From Octopus vulgaris (lineage: Eukaryota): 64,000 nt of DNA. The stretch lies in the NCBI GenBank assembly GCA_951406725.2, contig OX597823.1:77934001-77998000 (forward strand), written 5' to 3'. The position numbers were made by a program, and so were the translations under genes. Shown piece by piece: positions 54,509 to 64,000 of the stretch. The notes below the pieces were generated by a model. The model did not search any database. It saw nothing but the letters and a program-made list of their open reading frames with translations, and was not told where the DNA came from. Positions within the stretch are counted from its first letter, which is position 1. Each line of letters starts with the position of its first letter.

Positions 54509-54802
54509 ATGACCGACCAGGCCATCAGATGTTGCTACACATCGCTGGTCACAATGTGCTTCGCATTGTTTTAGCCTTCAATGATGCCACCCCGCTGGCT
54601 AAGCGAGCAGGCCAACAGAAGAAAGAGCGAGAGAAAGTTGTGGTGAAAGAGTACAGCAGGGATCACACTCCCCCTGCCAGAGCCTCGTGGAGCTTTAGGT
54701 GTTTTTGCTCGATAAACACTCACAATGCCCGGTCTGGGAATCGAAACTGTGATCCTACGACCATGAGCCCGCTACCCTAACCACTGGGCCATTGTGCCTC
54801 CA
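54505..54802 (-). mobile_element. Sister OR-type SINE, same 5' half with a different tail
   Basis: Shares head and CTCTTTCACCACAACTTTCTCTC with 53206-53512. Confidence 0.8.
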
Positions 54803-54921
54803 CACACATATAACCTGTGCTTGCAAGTATAGAAAACAGATGTTAAATGATGATGATGATGATATATATACATGATGAGTGCTCCTTTCAGTTTCAATCC
54901 ACAATATCCACACTCTCTCTC

Positions 54922-54966
<45 letters not shown>

Positions 54967-56493
54967 GTGTGTGTATGCATACATGTATACAAACGATATT
55001 TTGTATGATATTTGAGCTTATTGCAACCAGAGATAATATCAACAAGGAATGTAAACATCACGCCCTTTTCATTCAAGCATGCATGCAAGTGTATACATGT
55101 GCATGTGTAAATATATATATATATATACATGTGTGTGTGCGTGTGGTTCAATTGAAATAATGCTTTAATTACAAAAGCATTGAGACTCTAATTAAAGTTA
55201 ATATTACGCCTCAGCCCTTTTGACACCAACCCACCAGAGACTACCGTTTGCTCTGTAATTCAAAACTATCTGTTTTATATATATATATATATATTGTATA
55301 TTAATAAAAATAAAAATTTTCTATCTTTATTTTATATAAGGACATTCTGATGTCTTCCAAAGACTGATTTAATAATGAAAAAGTTCTCCACTTTAATAAA
55401 TCCCTTCAAATTGTTGATTATTTTCAAAATTAATTGAAGTATAAGTTTCATGTTCATATTTCTAATGGAAATATTGTCATGAAATGATTAACAGTAAAAT
55501 GGTTTCTTCTCATCGGATTTTCGATTTAAAATAGAGTTCAAAAAGCAATTGAAACAAGTCATCCTTATTTTGAACATGAAAATTTAGTTAATAAACGAAA
55601 ATAGCAAATTTCCAATGTTTATTTTTATAGTAGATTCAGTGATGAAAGTCTAGTAATAGTATGCGTGTTCATGAAAATTGTGTAAAATTTTAAATAAAAA
55701 AAATAAGATAGTTTTTAAAAAAAAGTTATTTCTATAACTTTAGCTTCCCGAAATTCCATTTTGGAAACTTTTACAGACCCATGATTAAAATGCTTTCACT
55801 GCTGTCTGACATTCCCATTATATTCTAAAAAATTTTTCTATTTTAATTTATATAGTTATTTACAGAACCTCCCAACTACTTCTCAAAATATCCTGTATCT
55901 GTCTGGTCTTGATTTGTCTGATTTCATAGAATCAAATTTAAGTCACTTTGGGTTTTACGTTAGTTTGAGACATAAATACAGTTGTCAACGCCAAGACTGT
56001 TATACAAATAAATCTGAAATTTGAGTCTTGTGTTCCAGGTAGAATTAAAGTAATGGCTGGAGTAGAAAAGCAAAAGTCAGTTTCTGAATGCAACATTAGA
56101 TCATATTATTCTATATTTTAATTATGCTGATTTTGTTTTGATTTTTTTTTTTTTTGATTCTTTGACATGAAGTTTGTGAGTTTGATGCTCTGTTTTTATC
56201 AATGATGGTGTTTTCAATTTATTAGATGTTCTCACATAGCCATCAAACTAAAGAATGAGGACAATGTTGTTATATAATTTTATTCAAGGTTGCGATCATT
56301 TTGAATGGCTAGAAGAGCTGTTTCATAAATATACATTGCTTCATTTGCATAATTAATTAATTGATCAATCATTCAATAAAATCATTTGCTCTTAACTATT
56401 TTCATCAGTTCCTAGAGTTACTAAGAAAGATTTTTCAGAGTTTCCAACAAACAGAGATTGTGGAGTTTGAGAGGTTGCCTTGTAATAGAGCTG

Positions 56494-56838
56494 TCATCAT
56501 CATTCTAGTCAGGTGTCGCACTATGCGATGCTGTGGTCATCACGATGTCTTGCCACCTTCTCCTGTCCTCTACCCCATGGACAGCTGAGGATAAAGACAA
56601 TCCTGTGGCTGTGGTGTCTTTCAGCCAAGAAGTGGGTAATCTGCCTCTTTTACGACTGCCGTTCACCTTGCCAGTTATGATCATCCGCTCAAGTCCATCC
56701 CGGTGTATGATGTGGCCAAAGAGCCGTAGCTTCCACTTCATGATATTTCACCGAAGTGTCAATCTCACAACCGAGCTTTTCTAGTACCTAGTGGCTCATC
56801 CTTCTCTCCGTCCACGACACTCTAAGAATTCTGCTGTA
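56494..56838 (-). mobile_element. 3' end of an RTE (BovB-like) LINE
   Basis: RILRVSWTER..KLRLFGHIIHRDGLERMIITGKVNGSRKRGRLPTSW..DRRRWQDIV followed by a (GAT)n tail. Confidence 0.9.
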
Positions 56839-57109
56839 AACATCAAGTATTCTTTACCAGAAATTCAAAAGATAAAGATTATAGATAACTGACATATCAA
56901 AATATCTTTCATGATTTAGTATAAACTTGCCAGTGATACAGTCACTGATAGATCAAGATGTCATCAAGTTTAAAAGCATGCTCAAAGGGTGAATATAGAG
57001 AATATAAAATCATTTGTCCAATCTGATTATCAGTGGAAGGTAAGCTACTACAGAAATATGCATCATGAGCAACGAGAATCAAACCAATGACTTATCTTTT
57101 ATAGTTACG

Positions 57110-57930
57110 TTTAGTTATTTCAGTCATTAGACTGCGGCCATGATGGGGCATCTCCTTGAAGAATTTTAGTTGAGTGCATCAATCCCAGTTCTTATTTTTC
57201 TTTAAAGCCTGGTATATATTCTATTGATCTCTTTCCCTGAACTGCTAGGTTATGGGAATATAATCACATCAACACTGTTGATACAAAGACTTACACACAC
57301 ACACACACACAAACACACACTGCGTGTGTGTGCGTGTGCGTGTGTGTGTGCGTGTGCATTTGTGTGTGTGCATGTGTGTGTATACAATAGGCTTCTTTTA
57401 GATTCTGTCTCTCTCTCTTTCTCTTCACTCTTTTATTTGTTTCAGTCATTTGACTGCAGCCATGCTGGAGCACTGCTTTAATCAAGCAAATTGACCCAGG
57501 ACTTATTCTTTGTAAGCGTAGTACTTATTCTATTGGTCTCTTTTGCTGAACCACTAAGTTACGGGGATGTAAACACACCAGCATCGGTTGTCAAGTGATG
57601 TTGGGGCGACAAACATACACACACAAACACACACACACATATATACATATATACGACGGTCTTCATTCACTTTCTGTCTACCAAATCCTCTCACAAGGCT
57701 TTAATCAGCCCGAGGCTATAGCAGAAGACACTTGGCCAAGGTGCCACACAGTGGATCTGAACCCAGAACCATCTGGTTGGTAAGCAAGCTACTTACCACA
57801 CAGCCACTCTACCAAATCCATTCACAAAACTTTGGTTGGTCTGAGGCTATAGCAGAAGACCCTTGCTCAAGGTGCCACACGGTGGGACTGAACCTGGAAC
57901 CATGTACCTGGGAAGCAAACTCCTTACGAC
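57110..57930 (-). mobile_element. Nested family A SINEs (young inside old)
   Basis: Copy at 57420-57810 splits an older copy at 57110-57400 / 57810-57930. Confidence 0.8.
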
Positions 57931-58358
57931 ACCAGCAAATCAGAAGATAAATTTGTTAATTGATGTTATGTTTCATCACAGGGGAACGGCTTCTTCATTA
58001 TGATAAGTACGAGTTCATAGCACACTCAATTTGAACACATATTCATCATTAGAAGCTGTTCTTTTGTCACAAAACACAAAACTGTGATTAACATATTGAT
58101 GTTTAAATCTGCCAGAACGCATTAATAGATATGCAACTCAACATTAATGTAAAGAAAAGATTTTAAAGTAACTTAATGAAGAAAGAACAGTGGGTGAGGT
58201 GCCTGATGGATATATATATATATATATGTATGTATATTTATATATGTATGTATATATATATATGTATATATATATATGTATGTATATATATATGTATATA
58301 TATGTATATATATGTATGTATATATATATATATGTATGTATGTATATATATATGTATG

Positions 58359-58389
<31 letters not shown>

Positions 58390-59219
58390 GTATATATGTA
58401 CATATATATAAATATATATATATGTATATATATACATTACTTCATTCAGCATTTTTGTTTTTCAATGGATATGAAATTAACTTTTTCCTAATGTTTTTGG
58501 ATGTGGATTGTGAATCTATCTTAGGCTTTTCCCTTGCAGTTTTGTTTTATAAATATGACAAGTATTATTTTTCTCGATTTTATTCAATGTTTAAAGAGAT
58601 TTAAATAACATTGTGTGCAAGAGTTTTTTAGTTATTTTATTTTTGATTGCTTAACTTGCATAAACTTGATAAATTCATACATAATAAATTTTAACTTCAT
58701 TGAATTACATCCACATGTAATTGAAGTGTTTTTTAAAAAGTTATGCAAATATCCTTTTTCTCTTATAACCTTGGTCTAGGTCATTGTGATACATCATCTA
58801 ATAACAAACAACCACCATCTCCTCAAATCCGAATTCCTGGTATCATATTTCCATTGCATGAAGACACACGTTCATTGTGTTTTACTTCAAGATTTTCTAG
58901 AAGGAAATCTAGGTGAAAATGCTGGAAGTGCATTCATAGGCTTCAAAACAGGGAGTGTGGGAGATGCAAGTGCACTTCCTAACATTTTTGTGGGGCAGTG
59001 AAAACACTTTGAACATCCTTTCTGAAAAACTGGGTTTGCACCCAACAAGCAAATTTCATTCTTGTACTTATGAGTGTATTTCTATCAATACACAATAATT
59101 CCTTTTGATATCTGCATCAAAGAAGTTCCCAGTTTAGTTTCACCTCTCTGCATGTAGGGGATATTTTAGTGCCCAGAGAGTTTCACATAACCATTTAAAA
59201 GCTTGCCAAGCTTTTAAAT

Positions 59220-59553
59220 CAGGTGTTCTCAACCATTTTTTTTTTATCCAAGGACTCCTTTGATAGCTATTTTATTCTGGTGTACCCCAAAAGACATTCA
59301 ATGTTTAAAGACTAGTTTTATACATATTTCTTTCAAACTTCCTATTTTGCTTTTCACACATTAACTTGTGAAGGTTGAACAATGTAAGATGTTATAGAAA
59401 GAAATTTTTTACTTGGAATATATACATCTAAAGCAAAATGTCTTTAGGAGCCCTTAAAATATTACCCCCCCAATTTACTATTTTGTTGCATGGACCCCCA
59501 AAAGTCTTATATGGGCCCCAAAGTGTCATATATACCTCAGTTGAGAACCACCG
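59220..59553. mobile_element. hAT-type MITE with 8-bp TSD
   Basis: TIRs CAGGTGTTCTCAAC / GTTGAGAACCACCG; flanks TTTTAAAT and TTTTAAGT. Confidence 0.8.
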
Positions 59554-59654
59554 TTTTAAGTTCTTGTTGAGAGTTTGTCCCCAACCAAATTTAATATCAT
59601 CTTTAACTTCCCTAATTTAAAACCTCACAAACTTACCTCATTTAACATTATCAC

Positions 59655-60270
59655 ACAGTCGTGGCTGTGTGATAAGAAGCTTGCTTTCCAGCCATGTGGT
59701 TTTAGGTTCAGTCCTACTATGTGGCAACTTGGGCAAATGTCTCCTACCATTACCTGGGGTCGACCAAAGCCTTGTGAGTGGATTTGATAGACAGATACTG
59801 AAAAAGCCTGTTGTATATATAAATATATATATATCATCGTCATCATCGTCATCGTCGTTTAATGTCTGCTTTCCATGCTAGCATAGGTTGGATGGTTTGA
59901 CTGAGGACTGGCAAGCCAGAAGGCTGTACCAGGCTCCAGTCTGATCTAGCAAAGTTTCTACAGCTGGACACCCTTCCTAACGCCAACCATATTGAGATTG
60001 TGGTGGGTGTGTTTTATGTATCACCTGCATGAGGGCCAGTCTGGTGGTATACATACACATGAATACACACATATACACACACACATGTATGCACACATAT
60101 ATACACACACATGAATACACACACACACGACAGACTTCACACACTTTCTACTTGCTAAAATTCACTCATGAGGCATTGGTTGGTTAGGGGGCTATATTAG
60201 AAGACGTTTAGCCAAGGTACCATGCAGTGGAAATTAACCTGAAACCACATGGTTGCAAAGAGAACTTATT
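59655..60270. mobile_element. Cluster of family A (+), family B (-) and family A (-) SINE fragments
   Basis: Homology to the copies above. Confidence 0.75.
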
Positions 60271-60839
60271 AGCTTCATCACCATGCCATTGTTAGCACTA
60301 CCAGAATAACAGTCTGTACGTTCAATGGTAAAAGGCATAATATTCTTTTGTTTTTGTTCCCTTAATCTTGTCCCTTTGTACGAGCAGAGTAGATTTGTTG
60401 TGGGGCCCACTGCTTGCCTTGGTTACGTATATGACAACTAAAACATAACTGATTTATTATCATATGATTCGTTAGGGCTATTCGTCATTGTGTCTTAGTT
60501 TTAAAACTATAAGAACAAACTGGATGTTTATAACATTGACAGAACATTTTTGTTACATGGCAGTTATCTGAACAATTATTCATAGAAATGCAAAATATTT
60601 TAAATAGAGTTATAAAGTAATACTCGGTCTCATTTCAAAAATCTATACAAGCTGCTGCTGATGCACCTCCTCCTCCTCCTCCTCCTCCCCCAGAGCACTG
60701 GATGTAGTTGGGCTTGGAGAGGAATAAGCTCTGCTAAATTTAAAATATCTAAGACACACTGCATGTCACAGAAGCTCTCTTACAATTTCATCATGTATAT
60801 AATTATCTCGCTCTCTCTCTCCCTCCCTCTATCTATCTG

Positions 60840-60891
<52 letters not shown>

Positions 60892-61084
60892 CCGATCTAT
60901 ATATGTATGTGTGTATGTGTGTATTCATATACACACTCACAACCACATATTCACTCCTTAGGAGAAAATGTACTCAATACCACAGGAAGGTGAAGTAGTT
61001 TATTAAAGTTGATCTATAGTTACAACCAGATGAACTGTGTGCATGTATGAACACACACACACACACACACACACACTATGTAAC

Positions 61085-61525
61085 AGCATGAGTGGTCAAG
61101 AATTTTACTTCTTAACCACAGTTTCCGGTTCAGTCTTATTGAGTGGCACCTTGGGAAAGTCTCTTCTACTTGGGCCAAACAAATCTTGTTGAGTGAATTC
61201 AACAGACAAAAATTGAGAGTAGTTCATTTGTGTGTGTTTGTATTCGTGTGTGTGAGCGTGTATGTTTGTGTATATGTACATAAGTGTGAGTGTGTGATTT
61301 TGTGTTTCCTTGTTTTGACACCACATGTTAGCTATTAGCATCACTGTCATACAAGCTGTATCATTAATATCCAATGTTCTGCAAAAACTTGTCTGGTCAT
61401 GGGGAAGTATTCCCTTACTTGGAAACAGGTGTAGTATGTGGCATAAAGGGCAACCAGCCTTAGAAAATCTGCATCCATAAACTCTGTCCAACCCATGCTA
61501 GTTTGAGAGAGCAAGCATTAAAAGG
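61085..61525 (+). mobile_element. Old SINE with family A head and B-like tail
   Basis: Homologous to 49040-49492. Confidence 0.7.
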
Positions 61526-61543
61526 ATATGTGTGTGTGTGTGT

Positions 61544-61589
<46 letters not shown>

Positions 61590-61739
61590 AATAAAGAGAA
61601 AGTTCTATATTTGAAAGCATGAGTTGAGATGGCTTTCTGAGGTGATAATTTTTTATTTTAATCTTAATCACTCACTGTAAACGTTATTATTAAAATTAAA
61701 ACAGAAATCACTCCCTCAATAAAGCCATCTCATTCTTTC

Positions 61740-62122
61740 TAATATGTGTGTGTGTATTTATATGGGTGTGCGTATATATATATATATGTGTGTGTATGTG
61801 TGTGTATGTATATATGTGTGTATATATATGTGTGCGTATTTGTATATGTATATATATATATGCATATATATATATATGTATATGTGTATAAAAGTATATA
61901 TGTATATGTATATATATGTATATGTGTATATATGTATATATATGTATATATATATATTGCTATATATATGTGAACATACATATATATGTGTGTGTGTATG
62001 TATATATGTATCTATATATACATATGTATATATATATATGTATGTATATATGTTTATATATATATATATGTGTGTGTATATGTATGTATATATAGATACA
62101 TATATATATATATACATATATA
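61740..62122. repeat. Degenerate TA/TG microsatellite (similar tract at 58210-58435)
   Basis: Directly visible. Confidence 0.95.
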
Positions 62123-63556
62123 TCATTATGAATATATAGTGGAATTCATATTAAAAGATGATGCATTAAAGGTTATTTATTGATGTTCATATTTTAGTTT
62201 TGTCGTTAGGTTATTCTTGACAAGTAAATGAGTCTCTCAATGTTTGGTCTCTTTATTCATTCGTACCTAATTATTACAATTATAATGATTTTTTTTTCTC
62301 CCTGTGTATTGTTGTCATCACTAATAGTTAACTTCACATGACTCATTGCTATCAGGCAATTTGATATTTTCTCTTAGTGTTGTGTTGATATTTTCTGTTT
62401 GCTCATTTCAGAGTTTCGAATGTAATTACCACAATATTCAATATCAATTGATATCATCTTGCATTATTAACTGCCACAGTAATATTTCTTGTAGTTGAAT
62501 AGTAATTGACTTAGGTATTTGTCAGTAAATGCTTATAATGTACCACCCTCCTCTTAAAAGGAAGAAAAACCAGGCAAACATAAATACACAAAAGTAATGG
62601 ATACATATAACAGATCCATGGTTGTATGGATTATTGATGGTATTTTTCCAGTAAAAGTTCCCAAGTTGCAAGAAACAACAGCCAAAGTTTCTCAAATTAC
62701 TTACTAGTCTTAGCTGAGGAAGGATATGCTAGATTAGTGCGTCCCAACTGTAGCTTCTTGGAGGATTCTTGAGAGGTTACTTGATGGTCCCTGAGAAATA
62801 GTGATTGCCGTCATCATTGGTATCATTCTTTCCGATTTCCATGATGGCATGGGTTTGCTGGTTTGACCAGAGCTAGCAAGCTGGGAAGCTACACTAAGTT
62901 CCAGTCTGATTTGCCTTGGTTTCTATAGCTGGATGCCATTCCTAATGCCAACCACTTTATAGTGCATGCTGGGTGCTTTTTACAAGCTACCTGCACTAGC
63001 GCTTTTAAATGGCACCAACACAAGTGCTTTTTATATGGCACTGACTCTTGCAGGTCACATCCCCTTTACCAGGGGATGTGACCTTAACACTTCTGCTGTA
63101 GAAAACAGGTCTTGATAAATAGAGTAATTATATGCTAATGCATTTCTGAGTAATTTTGGAGCTCAAAATGTGCTCAAGGTGGTTGTTGGTGCAATGGATA
63201 ATAATTTTGTGGATGTTTACCAAGTCAGTTGTCAGACATCAGAACTTCAATGTATTTATGACCAGGGAAACAAGGCATTCAGAATATGGTAGATGCATGA
63301 TGGAGGGTATTCACTTGGTTGTATGTCTTTGAACAGTTTCCAGAGCCTGATTGTACCATTTTTATTTCTAGCTTTACAGTGTTATCATGGCCACTCCGCT
63401 AGTAATATTAATCAGATCTTCTGGATTTTCAATTACATGGACTCTCTACATTACATCTGTTTATAAGTGATTACTGCATAGACTGATAGCCTAGTCTGTA
63501 AGAGGAGCTTTCTGTGATAGCTGCATGATTCACTGATTCCTTATTTTAAACTGCTC

Positions 63557-63588
<32 letters not shown>

Positions 63589-64000
63589 TGCAGCCATCAA
63601 TATTTTATACAGATTTTTATATAAGAAAGCAGAAGCATATGAAAGTACTTTTGAACAAAATATTTTTGTTTGTTTTTGCATATCTGTAAAGCCCATGCTG
63701 GAGCATGGTTTGCACAGATATGTTGAGAATTAAGGGATTAGATACATTGTAGCAATGTTATTGCATAGCAGCAGATAGGTATTCATCTACCTGCTCTTAG
63801 ATAATAATTGTAAATCTCCTGCAGGTGTTTTGTTGTAGTTTTTCAAGACACAACACCTTTCTCTGTACAATGTTCTAAATCACAAAAGATAGGTTTCTTA
63901 TCCTGTGAAAGATTTCTTCTATTTATTGTATGCCTGTAAGTTAGAGGTAATCACCAAATTATCACCAAATCATAAAATCTGATTGAAGATAATAAGGTAT

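Noticed and set aside
62412-62480. Candidate acceptor TTTCAG for the next exon
   Set aside because: In the required phase a stop codon (TAA) follows within a few codons.

Overview
AT-rich, microsatellite- and SINE-saturated animal DNA; the repeat content strongly suggests an octopus (inference). Almost every ORF in the supplied track is a (TA)n/(TG)n/SINE artefact. The only host coding sequence I can support is two + strand exons (28425-28605 and 44856-45070) that splice in frame across a 16,250-bp intron into one complete CUB domain of a multi-CUB (SOL-1/cubilin-like) protein, so most of the window is probably intronic. The rest is mobile DNA: several SINE families, mariner and maT (DD37D) relics, hAT MITEs, non-autonomous Helitrons, RTE LINE fragments and a decayed Penelope-like reverse transcriptase. 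The most notable signal is about a dozen minimal type-I hammerhead ribozyme (HHR) motifs, intact or decayed, from several sequence families. They sit in short (TA)n-anchored elements, often as head-to-head fold-backs, and once as a 268-nt tandem unit resembling a non-LTR retrozyme. One near-perfect 158-bp hairpin pairs an intact sense HHR with an antisense copy carrying the G5A change. All folds and coordinates were read by eye; none were computed.
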